In this document: piece after piece, positions 1-8,593 of the stretch
How the letters are laid out: every line of letters starts with the position of its first letter
Position numbering within the stretch: position 1 is the stretch's first letter
Made by a program: the position numbers and the translations under genes
Virus record (IMG/VR): IMGVR_UViG_3300031992_002320
Length of the DNA stretch: 34,722 bases
DNA from: an uncultured virus (IMG/VR IMGVR_UViG_3300031992_002320)
Taxonomy: Duplodnaviria > Heunggongvirae > Uroviricota > Caudoviricetes
Direction: 5' to 3' (one strand)
The notes under the pieces: model-generated
Told to the model about the DNA's origin: nothing
Database searches by the model: none
The model's input: the letters and a program-made list of their open reading frames with translations, nothing else

Positions 1-2
1 GA

Positions 3-929
3 GGGCTTACGAGTATGCAGAAGGGTAGCTTTGGGGTACGTGGGCTCTATACATGTATTGACTCATCGTTCTATGGGGAATGGATGTTGTTGGCCAAGGG
101 ATGTTATCTGCCGGTTCGCCCCGGTGCGGTTCGTTTTGTAGATACATCGGGTGCTGTTGTGGATTGTCAGTTGTCGTTGTGTGAAGGTTTGGCAGTGGGA
201 GATGATCTCCGTGGGCATCTGTCATCCCTTTTGGATAGTTATACAGGTGTTGGTCAGATTCATGTTCCGATGGTTGATCATGTTCCCGATGTTCTGTATT
301 TGGATACTCTCCGAGGCAAGTTGGATGCTGGTAAGCTATTACTTGGTCAATATTTGGAGGGTGGTAGCTTGATGTATTATAGAGATGGGGCATTGGGAGG
401 AGTATTGTGCCTTGTCGGTGCGCCGGTGGCATTTGTGGCCGCCCTTGTTCAGCAGATGTCTGGTATGAGGGATGCGCATATGTATCTTGCAACTGATGTT
501 TTGTCCGAGTGTGGTGCTTTGTTGGGTGGTCTTGGTGACCGTCTGCACAGTGAGGATCCTCTATCGCCGGGTAAGGCTGCGGTGGTGGATGATTTCATCT
601 CGGATGATTTGTCGGGTGCCCGTGTATGTTTGTTGGATAAGTCGGTGCTTGCATCGTTTGAGGATTTGAAGGGGCTTGAGAAGGCTGTCAAGGCTGGTGG
701 GATGCTCATCTTGTTGTCGAATGACACGAGGCCGAGTGGTGGAGTTTCCACATTTTTGCGTGCCGTGGGTGATAGTGTATTTTATATATCATTTGCGGAT
801 CCTTATCGTCAGTTGTTTATTCAGGGATTCACGCCTCGCAAGGTTGGATTTGTTGCTGGTGATTGTTTCGCTTGGTATGACGGTTGCTTTGACTTGTTGA
901 GATGTGTATCGTTGGACGTAGCAGGATAG
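3..929 (+). CDS. C-terminal part of a probable FtsK/EssC(EccC)-like ATPase with a degenerate P-loop domain; frame is open to the window start, so likely 5'-truncated
   Basis: No stop in frame upstream of ATG 15. KAGGMLILLSNDTRPSGGVSTFLRA resembles the FtsK-family segment GIHLILATQRPSGVVS. VLCLVGAP and RVCLLD sit where eroded Walker A/B strands would be. It directly precedes WXG100-like genes. Confidence 0.5.
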   Translation, partial: GLTSMQKGSFGVRGLYTCIDSSFYGEWMLLAKGCYLPVRPGAVRFVDTSGAVVDCQLSLCEGLAVGDDLRGHLSSLLDSYTGVGQIHVPMVDHVPDVLYLDTLRGKLDAGKLLLGQYLEGGSLMYYRDGALGGVLCLVGAPVAFVAALVQQMSGMRDAHMYLATDVLSECGALLGGLGDRLHSEDPLSPGKAAVVDDFISDDLSGARVCLLDKSVLASFEDLKGLEKAVKAGGMLILLSNDTRPSGGVSTFLRAVGDSVFYISFADPYRQLFIQGFTPRKVGFVAGDCFAWYDGCFDLLRCVSLDVAG

Positions 930-941
930 GAGGTTTGTTAT

Positions 942-1235
942 ATGCTGAATACGAATGAGATTGCAGCGGCCTTCACCGCCATCTACGATTTTGTGCAGTA
1001 TCAGATGTCCATTGTCAATACATTATCTGCGGATTGTAAGTTTCTCGATGGTAATGCTTGGCTTGGAGATGCTGCGAATGTAGGGTGTGGTGTTATGGAG
1101 AGTTATGTAACCACTGGTTTACAGCTCGCCAATGATGTTGAGGAGTTTTATAATGAGTTGCAGGATGATTATGCGGCTTATCAGGAGAAGGATGATGAGA
1201 TTGCGCAGGCGTTTTCGAGTGAGGAGGGTGGCTGA
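942..1235 (+). CDS. WXG100/Esx-like protein (97 aa)
   Basis: ~100 aa and helical, with central W-L-G (NAWLGDAA) and C-terminal YQEKD (YxxxD-type T7SS export motif); GGAGG RBS. Confidence 0.75.
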   Translation: MLNTNEIAAAFTAIYDFVQYQMSIVNTLSADCKFLDGNAWLGDAANVGCGVMESYVTTGLQLANDVEEFYNELQDDYAAYQEKDDEIAQAFSSEEGG

Positions 1236-1237
1236 TT

Positions 1238-1681
1238 ATGACGAGTGGTGAGTGGTATGCTAAAGCCCGTGCCTTGCGTGCGGAGGCTGCCGAGCATGAT
1301 GCCTTGGCCGCCAAGTATGGGGCTGCTGCGGATGCTTTTGGTGTTGCGGCGAATGCGCTGGATGATTGTCATTGGAATGTGGAGCCGATGACTCATAGTG
1401 AGTATATTGAGGTGGCGTTGCCGGAGCAGCATCGTGAGGCTTTTACGGATGCGGTTGGTTCTCTGTTGACCTCAATTGATACTTCGCAGACGAATTTAAA
1501 TTCTGCCAAGACGCAGGCGCTTGCTTCTAAAAAGTCACATGAGGATACGGCGGCTGATTTGCGTAGGCAGGCGGATGATGCTGACCGTGAGGGTGATGCA
1601 GAGGCAGAGCGTGAGCGTGAGCGTGAACGCGAGCGTGAGAGGGAGCGTGAGGCTGCGGCATCTTCTGGTTCAGGTAGTTGA
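1238..1681 (+). CDS. Small Ala-rich coiled-coil protein, candidate T7SS effector partner, with an (RE)n tail
   Basis: 147-aa all-helical composition; lies between a WXG100-like gene and an effector-like gene; GAGCGT-type hexamer repeats at ~1607-1651 encode ERERER. Confidence 0.55.
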   Translation: MTSGEWYAKARALRAEAAEHDALAAKYGAAADAFGVAANALDDCHWNVEPMTHSEYIEVALPEQHREAFTDAVGSLLTSIDTSQTNLNSAKTQALASKKSHEDTAADLRRQADDADREGDAEAEREREREREREREREAAASSGSGS

Positions 1682-1699
1682 TAAGGAGGACAGGGTTCA

Positions 1700-3142
1700 A
1701 TGGCAAAGTGGCGTTGTTTTGAATATAGTTTCGATTCCCTATCTTCGGATAACGATATCTTTCGTAACACGGTTGTAGGGGATTTGTCCACGGCTGTTTC
1801 ACAGCAGTTTGATAATCCGAGTGAGTTTGCTGATGTCTGGAATGAGTTCTTGAACACTTATGGTAAGTGTGATAGGTTCTCATCCAACTTTCAATTTTAT
1901 TGTTCGGAGGTAGCTACTACACAGCAGGAGGACGAGACCGTGATCATGGCCAAGTTCACGGATCTTATGAATAACATGGAGGCCATTGTTGGGTTTACCA
2001 TTAGTGGGTATCAGCAGGACATGGATGCCTACACCAACAAGATGGTTTTCAAGGAGATGTGGCTTTATGAGGATGGTCGTGAGATTGCTTATATTGCCGC
2101 TGCCTTGGTTGTTGCCGTTGTGGTAGTCGTTGTGGCTTGGCCTGCTGCTGTTACTGCGCTTGGTGCGTGTGGTGCGGGTTGTGCGGCGAGTGCGGTTTTC
2201 AGTGCCATTTCGGCGGTCAGTACAGCATTGGCGGCGACGTGTACTTTGGGTTATACAGGTATCAAGTATGTTGCGATGTTGGAGCGTTCCGAGGTATGTT
2301 CAGATCCGTTGAAGGATGCTCTTACCCCGGATGAGAGAAATGCGGAGCTTATGATTTCCGTGGAGCTTGGTGAGGGTTGGGCGAGAACCTATCAGGGGTT
2401 GTCCATTGCGTCTCTTGGTCTCTCTGTGCTCGCGGCTGGTACTGGTTTGGCCGCATTGGGTTGCAAGATTACGGAGCTCGGTTTTGAGTCTGGGTTGCAT
2501 TTCTCTACGAGGGGTGAGGCTTTCCGTAATGGTTTATCCAATTTGTGGAAGTCTGGTATTAAGTGGGAGTGGAAGATTCCAACAGATCCTCTTAAGAGAT
2601 TGGATCTTGTGGTTAATGTAGCGCAGTCCGGCAATACGATGATTGCCCGTGGACGTGAGATTTACACTGATTTCAAGGCGGGTGGCATCAGTGCGGTGAG
2701 TGCTTCTGATGTGTGTCAGTTCCTTACTGCTGGGATTACTCTTGGTACCAAGTTCGGTGGTTTCTCCAATGCCAATCTTTGTGCTAATGCGCGTTATAAT
2801 CCAAATTCTTCACGTGGGCGTTATGAGCTTGGTGAGATTGTGGTTGGTGGTTCTTATGAGGATCAGGTTGCCGCGTTTACCAATACCGAGGTCTTTAAGG
2901 AGCTTAATATTACCAAGATTATCAACCCGGTTAAGTTGACCAATTTTGGCATTAACTCGGTTGGTGATGGTCTGTCGGGAGATCTCTCCTTTGGTGGTAT
3001 TCTTAAGGGACTTAGTGGTACGAGTGGTACGGGAAGTGGTGGTACATACAAGTCTTTTGTTGCTTTAACTGATGGTCTTAGTAATTATCAGGTTGACTTG
3101 TCGGTACCGTCATATCTTAACTATGAGTTGGGATACAACTAA
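1700..3142 (+). CDS. Putative T7SS effector / membrane-active toxin-like protein (480 aa)
   Basis: AGGAGG RBS; helical N-terminus; long Ala/Val/Gly hydrophobic segments (IAYIAAALVVAVVVVVVAWPAAV..., GLSIASLGLSVLAAGTGLAALG); Gly/Ser-rich C-terminus; position matches LXG-type cassettes. Confidence 0.5.
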   Translation: MAKWRCFEYSFDSLSSDNDIFRNTVVGDLSTAVSQQFDNPSEFADVWNEFLNTYGKCDRFSSNFQFYCSEVATTQQEDETVIMAKFTDLMNNMEAIVGFTISGYQQDMDAYTNKMVFKEMWLYEDGREIAYIAAALVVAVVVVVVAWPAAVTALGACGAGCAASAVFSAISAVSTALAATCTLGYTGIKYVAMLERSEVCSDPLKDALTPDERNAELMISVELGEGWARTYQGLSIASLGLSVLAAGTGLAALGCKITELGFESGLHFSTRGEAFRNGLSNLWKSGIKWEWKIPTDPLKRLDLVVNVAQSGNTMIARGREIYTDFKAGGISAVSASDVCQFLTAGITLGTKFGGFSNANLCANARYNPNSSRGRYELGEIVVGGSYEDQVAAFTNTEVFKELNITKIINPVKLTNFGINSVGDGLSGDLSFGGILKGLSGTSGTGSGGTYKSFVALTDGLSNYQVDLSVPSYLNYELGYN

Positions 3143-3160
3143 TATTGGTGGAGGTGTTTT

Positions 3161-4672
3161 ATGGCAGATTTGGAGGGACTTGATATTAAGAGTCTTGTGG
3201 GGGTTGACCTTACGGGGGCTGATTGTAGTGATGAGTTAGAGGAGTGTTTTGGTTCGCTTAAGATGCTGTTCCAATCTCATACCTCTGCCGTGGAGGTTCT
3301 GGATGCCTTTGATAAGGCTTATGGTGAGGAGTTCCGTGCGGGGCTTTCAGCTTCTGATCGTTGTTTGTTTGATTATGTTCGTATTAGGCTCGCTGTAGCG
3401 GCTGGTAAGGTTGTTGAGCCGGCTGTGATTGAGGGTGTGGCTGAAGGGTTATCCAACTCCGATGCCTTGCTCTCCTACGGTGAGTTTTTGGTTGAGCACG
3501 GAGCCTTTGCGAAGGCGGATGCCGTGTTTGAGCGTGCCTATAATGTGGGTTGTTGCATGTGGCGTTTATTCCTTGGTAGGGGTATGCTCTGCAGAGCCAG
3601 AGGTGACTTAGGTTCTGCAATGAGGTATTTCGATAAATCTCGCCGTTCCGGTGGTGGTTATCGTGCCTTGGTTGAGGGTGCCACAATTCTTCTCATGATG
3701 CAGAACTTTGAGCTTTGTGGTAAGTGGCTCGATGAGATTGAGAAGATTAACAAGGGTTCTCTCATCGGTATTGATCTCCGTGTGAATTGGTTCATTGCGA
3801 CCAATGATATCAACGGTGGTCGTGCCTATATCGAGGAGCTCAAGCGCACTTTTGGGGAGACTAATTTGGAGCTCAGTTCGTATGAGATTGTTCTCGATAT
3901 GATGGATCACAATGTTGATGGGCTCATCGAGTTGTGGAAGTCCGAGACATTCCCCAAGGCGGTTAGACCGATGCTCGGTTGTTGCCTTGCTGGCCTGTTG
4001 TTAGACAAGGCAGAGAGTGGTGATGGTTCGGTTATCTATATCCCGGAGGGTGTTGATGCTAATGAGCTTAAGACTGCGGTTCAGGTTCTTGTTGAGGATG
4101 GTGAGGCCGTGTCAGCTCCGATGTTTTCTATGATACTTACGGAGAACTATCTCAACTATCTTGGTTGGGGTGCCGAGGAGGTTTATCATTTCATCAAGTT
4201 GGTTGGTTCTTCCGCGGGAATGGGTTATCAGCAGGTCTATTGGCCTACGGTTGTGGGTGTTGCTGCTGGGTATATTGTTTCTGTGGAGGATGTCAACAGT
4301 GATCTTGCGAGGGAGTTTAAGCAGCTCATTCGTGAGGGGCATAGATATTTCCGTGAGGGATATATGCAGGATGGTGGTGTAGTTTCTTGCATAGGTTATG
4401 TTGAGTGTGAGCTTGCTCTTGGGTATGGTTTGGAGCGTCTTGATAGGGTGCTTCTTACTCTTAAGAGTTCTTTGCCACAGCTTGATAGTTTCTGTGATCT
4501 TGTTCATTGTGTTGCGGATGGTGATGATAGTCGTATTGCCGAGCTTGAGAGTGCTGTTAAGACCTCTTTTGAGGGTATCGGTTCTTCTTATCAGGTTGAT
4601 GGTTTGGCGGCTGTTCTTAAGTCATTCAAGGCGTGTGGTGACAAGCTTAAGTCAGGAGGTGATGTATCATGA
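3161..4672 (+). CDS. TPR-repeat protein (503 aa), candidate immunity protein or chaperone
   Basis: TPR-like helices (ALLSYGEFLVEHGAFAKADAVFERA; LFLGRGMLCRARGDLGSAMRYFDKS); immediately downstream of the effector-like gene. Confidence 0.6.
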   Translation: MADLEGLDIKSLVGVDLTGADCSDELEECFGSLKMLFQSHTSAVEVLDAFDKAYGEEFRAGLSASDRCLFDYVRIRLAVAAGKVVEPAVIEGVAEGLSNSDALLSYGEFLVEHGAFAKADAVFERAYNVGCCMWRLFLGRGMLCRARGDLGSAMRYFDKSRRSGGGYRALVEGATILLMMQNFELCGKWLDEIEKINKGSLIGIDLRVNWFIATNDINGGRAYIEELKRTFGETNLELSSYEIVLDMMDHNVDGLIELWKSETFPKAVRPMLGCCLAGLLLDKAESGDGSVIYIPEGVDANELKTAVQVLVEDGEAVSAPMFSMILTENYLNYLGWGAEEVYHFIKLVGSSAGMGYQQVYWPTVVGVAAGYIVSVEDVNSDLAREFKQLIREGHRYFREGYMQDGGVVSCIGYVECELALGYGLERLDRVLLTLKSSLPQLDSFCDLVHCVADGDDSRIAELESAVKTSFEGIGSSYQVDGLAAVLKSFKACGDKLKSGGDVS

Positions 4673-4989
4673 TGGGTGGTGATGGTATGACCAATGGAGA
4701 GTTCTTTGCATATCCGGCGGCGATGACCACTATTGCGAATGATTTGGATACTGTGGCGGCGGAGTATGAGTCTCGATATAATGCGATGCTCGCTGCATTT
4801 GAATCTCTTGTTAATGAGAGCTGGACGACTCCCGGAGGTCAGGCGGTGCTTGCGAAGTATCAATCTACTTGGCAGCAGGAGTTTACGAAGCTTCATCTTG
4901 GGTTGGCGGAGATTGCCAAGACATTGCGTGAGAGTGCGGATCAGTATGATCAGGGTATTCTTACGGTCAACTTACCCGATTTGAGCTAA
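4669..4989 (+). CDS. WXG100/Esx-like protein (106 aa), variant W-T-T turn
   Basis: Helix-turn-helix pattern, central ESWTTPGGQA, C-terminal LRESADQYDQ; ATGA overlap with the TPR gene. Confidence 0.7.
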   Translation: MMGGDGMTNGEFFAYPAAMTTIANDLDTVAAEYESRYNAMLAAFESLVNESWTTPGGQAVLAKYQSTWQQEFTKLHLGLAEIAKTLRESADQYDQGILTVNLPDLS

Positions 4990-5093
4990 TTTTTGGGATT
5001 CCACGCTTATTGCGTATTATCCATGTGATGTTTTGTAGTTGTAGTTTGGGGTTTACCCCATAGTAAATCTTAATTTATAGGAGGACTTTAGTT

Positions 5094-5390
5094 ATGGCAG
5101 GTGGAGTAATGGTAACAACCTTTGAGGATCTCGAGCAGATTGGTAATGACCTCATTACCTATTCACAGGATCTCGATGAGCTCAAGGGTAAGATTCAGAC
5201 AGCGAGAGACACTATGGAGTCTACTTGGGAATCGCAGGGTGCTACTGCGGAGCTCACCAATGTAGATAATTTCCTTACTTCCGTTGATAACTGTGTTGAG
5301 GCTCTTAACGCTCTTGGTGATATCACCGTTAAGGCCGCTCAGGGTTACAAGGAAGTGGATGATGCCATCGCTTCTGCAAATCAGGGCTAA
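5094..5390 (+). CDS. EsxA-like WXG100 protein (98 aa)
   Basis: N-terminus VTTFEDLEQIG, central TWESQGA, C-terminal AAQGYKEVDDAIA closely follow the EsxA/YukE pattern; AGGAGG RBS. Confidence 0.8.
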   Translation: MAGGVMVTTFEDLEQIGNDLITYSQDLDELKGKIQTARDTMESTWESQGATAELTNVDNFLTSVDNCVEALNALGDITVKAAQGYKEVDDAIASANQG

Positions 5391-5403
5391 TGTGATCGGG
5401 CGT

Positions 5404-5430
5404 GGTGCATCTTACGGGGTGCACCACCTT
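5404..5430 (+). terminator. Hairpin after the esxA-like gene
   Basis: GGTGCATCT-TACG-GGGTGCACC stem-loop. Confidence 0.6.
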
Positions 5431-5452
5431 ATCTTGATTGGAGGTGGAAGAT

Positions 5453-5833
5453 ATGGGTGTTTCAATGGCGCCTTTGAATAAGTTAACAGTGTACAATCCG
5501 GGTATTTCTGCCTCTTGTCTGGGATCTCGTTTGGGTATCAGCTTATGCAAGGCGGAGGATATCGAATCTGGTGCGGCAAGAGGTTATTTCTTGGTTTTGA
5601 ATGCGGTCGTTAATCGTTCCGCTGTGACATTACTGAGATTTGGCTGGGTGCCCACTTATGGAGAGCTTTGTGATTATATGCGCAAGCTTGGTTACGGTAG
5701 TCTCCCGGCGTTCAAGGACTTTGCTACGGTGGGGGATCCGCAGGACATGCCCGAGGATGGTGTAAGGCTTCGTTATTATCTCTTGGATAACTATGGGGTT
5801 CTTATGTCGGATGGTGTACATGTTAACAAGTGA
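5453..5833 (+). CDS. Hypothetical protein
   Basis: GGAGG RBS before ATG 5453; codon style matches neighbours. Confidence 0.6.
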   Translation: MGVSMAPLNKLTVYNPGISASCLGSRLGISLCKAEDIESGAARGYFLVLNAVVNRSAVTLLRFGWVPTYGELCDYMRKLGYGSLPAFKDFATVGDPQDMPEDGVRLRYYLLDNYGVLMSDGVHVNK

Positions 5834-5874
5834 TACTCTGTTGAGTATAGTTGTTCATACTTAATTCCCTATAT

Positions 5875-5904
5875 AGAGGCTGTGGGTTGTGACTCATAGC
5901 CTCT
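5875..5904 (+). terminator. Hairpin upstream of tmRNA
   Basis: AGAGGCTGTGGGT-TGTG-ACTCATAGCCTCT, 13-bp stem with G-U pairs. Confidence 0.55.
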
Positions 5905-5933
5905 TATATTGAGGGTGTTGATTTTTATGCTAT

Positions 5934-6328
5934 GGGCTCGTTTTTGGTTTCGACAGGGATGAGAAAGTGCATACTGCAGCAGTCGGAGAACTTTACTCCC
6001 ACCCTAAAGTAGACGCTAACAACGACTACGCAATGGTTGCCTGATCCTTTGGGGTTTGAGCATCCATTCTGATCGCAAGATCAGTTCCGTGTAAGATGGT
6101 TACGGATATGCCTCAACTTACCGGTGACTTAAGTAATCATCCGTGAAGTCCCAAGCCTATCCGCTGGGTGCTGTCGATTGGGTGCAACAGCAACGGTGTG
6201 AGCACTGATTAAATGTTTGTCTGTTCAATGGTGAGCAGTGTTACAAAAATTCGCCTTAAACAGGACTAAGCTGTAGATGTGTGTATGAGTATCATTTTTG
6301 GACACGGGTTCGAATCCCGTCGAGTCCA
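5934..6328 (+). ncRNA. ssrA: tmRNA; tag peptide (A)ANNDYAMVA at 6015-6044
   Basis: 5' GGGCTCG..GGTTTCGAC and 3' GACACGGGTTCGAATCCCGTCGAGTCC-A; acceptor stem with G3:U alanine identity pair; resume context TAGAC-GCT AAC AAC GAC TAC GCA ATG GTT GCC TGA; CCA not encoded. Confidence 0.93.
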
Positions 6329-6352
6329 CTTTTTGACTGTTGGAGGTTTTTT

Positions 6353-6523
6353 ATGGTATCGTATATTTTGCTGGGTATTATGTACTTAGTGGGATTCATC
6401 TTGGTGGAGTTTTGTACCGGGGACTGGGCGTATGTAGGTTTTGGGCTTTTGCTTGGGGCTTTTGTTGCGTTTAGTCTGAAGGTTATCAGGATGGATTCGG
6501 ATCAGTTTAGTTCTGGAGGGTAG
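6353..6523 (+). CDS. Small membrane protein with two TM segments (56 aa)
   Basis: GGAGG RBS, ATG 6353, two hydrophobic stretches. Confidence 0.65.
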   Translation: MVSYILLGIMYLVGFILVEFCTGDWAYVGFGLLLGAFVAFSLKVIRMDSDQFSSGG

Positions 6524-6529
6524 TGGTAT

Positions 6530-7144
6530 ATGGTGAGATATGGAGAGCCTCGTTGTGCGTTGGTGAGGTTGATGACCGATTCGCGGGTATCAGAGCTCAT
6601 GCGGCAGTTGTGTGATTACTGTTATGAGACCTTCGAGCATTCGGTTAATGTGGCCTACCTGACGGCGGAGATTTGTCTTACGCCTTTGTGGGATGATTTC
6701 CGTGAGAACATTGGTATCCGTAGGGATGAGTTTAATGTGGATGATCTGGTGCTTGGTGCATTATTGCACGACATAGGTAAGTTGGATATTCCGAAGAAGA
6801 TCTTGGATAAGCCGGGGAAGCTTACGAAGCGTGAGCTTGAGATTATACATCAGCATCCGCTGCTCGGTTATAATCGTTTGACGCAGTTGGGAGGTTTCTC
6901 CGATTTGACCTTGGATGTGGTGCTGCACCATCATGAGAAGATTGATGGTTCTGGTTATCCCGATGGTATTACGAATTGTGATGAGTTGGTGCAGCTCGTG
7001 GCGTTTTGTGATATGTACGATGCGCTTACGGCGAGTAGGTGTTATCGTGAGAGCATGACAATGTTGTCTGCATATCGGATTCTGCGGGATGAGCATTTGG
7101 ATCCGGATTTGTTTCTGATGTTGGTCAGTTGTGATGATAGATGA
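6530..7144 (+). CDS. HD-GYP domain protein (cyclic dinucleotide phosphodiesterase family)
   Basis: HSVNVA, LLHDIGK, HHHEKIDGSGYPDG and DMYDALTASRCY motifs. Confidence 0.9.
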   Translation: MVRYGEPRCALVRLMTDSRVSELMRQLCDYCYETFEHSVNVAYLTAEICLTPLWDDFRENIGIRRDEFNVDDLVLGALLHDIGKLDIPKKILDKPGKLTKRELEIIHQHPLLGYNRLTQLGGFSDLTLDVVLHHHEKIDGSGYPDGITNCDELVQLVAFCDMYDALTASRCYRESMTMLSAYRILRDEHLDPDLFLMLVSCDDR

Positions 7145-7164
7145 TGTGTTTATGGAATTGGGTT

Positions 7165-7192
7165 AAGAGGTGCCTTTAGGGGTGCCTTTTTT
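7165..7192 (+). terminator. Rho-independent terminator
   Basis: AAGAGGTGCCT-TTAG-GGGTGCCTTTT followed by a T run. Confidence 0.75.
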
Positions 7193-7230
7193 CTTTGTGA
7201 ATATTTTTATTGATTTTTTCATCAATAGTA

Positions 7231-7259
7231 TTGACATAAAAATCAATGTGTGGTAGTAT
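7231..7259 (+). promoter_or_regulatory. sigmaA-type promoter with extended -10
   Basis: TTGACA-17 bp-TAGTAT, preceded by TG; inverted repeat ATTGATTTTT (7209) / AAAAATCAAT (7238) flanks the -35. Confidence 0.75.
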
Positions 7260-7311
7260 GACCATAGTTGGTAGAGGCGTGTAGGTTATCACAGGGTAAG
7301 GAGGCCGCTAT

Positions 7312-8031
7312 ATGGATAACAAGTTTTGGAGTATGTTCGACTCGTTGGTAGTGTTCGATGTTGAGACCACGGGGCTCAATCCGAAGGTGGATCACATCAC
7401 GGAGCTTTCCGCTGTATGTGTTCGTCAGGAGGATTCTGGTGTGGTTGAGCAGTTCACTGGTTATGTGAAGTTGCCGGAGGGTGTTCATCTTGATCCCAAG
7501 GTTTCGGAGCTTACGGGTATCACCGAGGAGAAGTTGGCTGCCGAGGGTTCGGACATCGTGGTGGTGTTGGAGAGGTTCTTCGATTTCTTCAAGGGGAGTA
7601 CCTTGGTGGTGGCTCACAATGCGGCGTTTGACCTTAGTTTCATCCGTGAGACTTGTCTCCGTCTGAATCGTGAGGATCTGCTTGAGATTATCGATGGGGC
7701 CGATTACCTTGATACTTTGACTGTGGCGAAGGACAGGGTTGTACCTCCGCACAAGCTTGGTAATCTGATGGAGCTGTTTGGGGTTACGGTAAGTGGTAAT
7801 CTCCACGATGCGGCGGTTGATGTTCTTGGTTGTCTTGGGGTTCTTTATAAGCTGGCCGAGCAGAAGGATGATGTCATGAAGTATGTGGATGTGTTCGGAT
7901 ATTTCCCTTGGGCATCTCATCCACAGCTCAATGGGGTGACATTCATTCCGCAGGGCAAGAACGGCAATGATATTCCGTTGTATGAGCTTGTGGGTATCGA
8001 GGGTACCGAGGTTTCTGGTACGGGTGTCTGA
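7312..8031 (+). CDS. DnaQ-like DEDDh 3'-5' exonuclease
   Basis: ExoI VFDVETTG, ExoII VAHNAAFD, ExoIII HDAAVDV. Confidence 0.92.
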   Translation: MDNKFWSMFDSLVVFDVETTGLNPKVDHITELSAVCVRQEDSGVVEQFTGYVKLPEGVHLDPKVSELTGITEEKLAAEGSDIVVVLERFFDFFKGSTLVVAHNAAFDLSFIRETCLRLNREDLLEIIDGADYLDTLTVAKDRVVPPHKLGNLMELFGVTVSGNLHDAAVDVLGCLGVLYKLAEQKDDVMKYVDVFGYFPWASHPQLNGVTFIPQGKNGNDIPLYELVGIEGTEVSGTGV

Positions 8032-8048
8032 AAATAAAAGGAGGAATT

Positions 8049-8270
8049 ATGATCCCAAGAAGAATAAAATCGGATGACTTAATTGGTCGTAAGTGTAAGC
8101 CGGTGAGAGATATACAGAATGGTGCAGGTCACGGTATTACGCCCGGTACAATATGCACGATTGTAGCAGCCCATTATGGGGTAGAGGTTAAAACTGATCC
8201 GTGTCCGTGTTGTGGTCAGTATGCGGTGATATCAAGAATTGATCGAAAAGATCTGGACCTTGTGGACTAA
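8049..8270 (+). CDS. Small hypothetical protein with CPCCG motif
   Basis: AGGAGG RBS; 73 aa; more A-rich than neighbours. Confidence 0.7.
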   Translation: MIPRRIKSDDLIGRKCKPVRDIQNGAGHGITPGTICTIVAAHYGVEVKTDPCPCCGQYAVISRIDRKDLDLVD

Positions 8271-8296
8271 ATAGTGTTTTGTAGGAGGGTGTTGAT

Positions 8297-8530
8297 ATGA
8301 GCAAACTTGAGTGGATTTATCTTACCAAGCCTTATGTGGATCCGGAGGATGGTCTTTCTGATGAGGTGGTTCTGCTTGATACCGAGGACCATATTCACAC
8401 TGGTGTTTGGGATGATAATGAGCATTGTTGGAAGAGTGTGAAGGGTGAGGTTCTCACCGAGAAGTTTGTAGCATGGGCGAGTTCGGGGCGTCTGCCGGAG
8501 AATCAGCCTCCGATGCGGTGGTGCAATTAG
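8297..8530 (+). CDS. Small phage-type protein (DUF551-like)
   Basis: Pattern EWI..P, EVVLL, GVWD...W, VAW; AGGAGG RBS. Confidence 0.55.
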   Translation: MSKLEWIYLTKPYVDPEDGLSDEVVLLDTEDHIHTGVWDDNEHCWKSVKGEVLTEKFVAWASSGRLPENQPPMRWCN

Positions 8531-8593
8531 GGTGTGTTTTAGGTTGGATAGTGATTTTGATTATAAGGGTGTTTAGAAAGTAGGGAGGAATTA

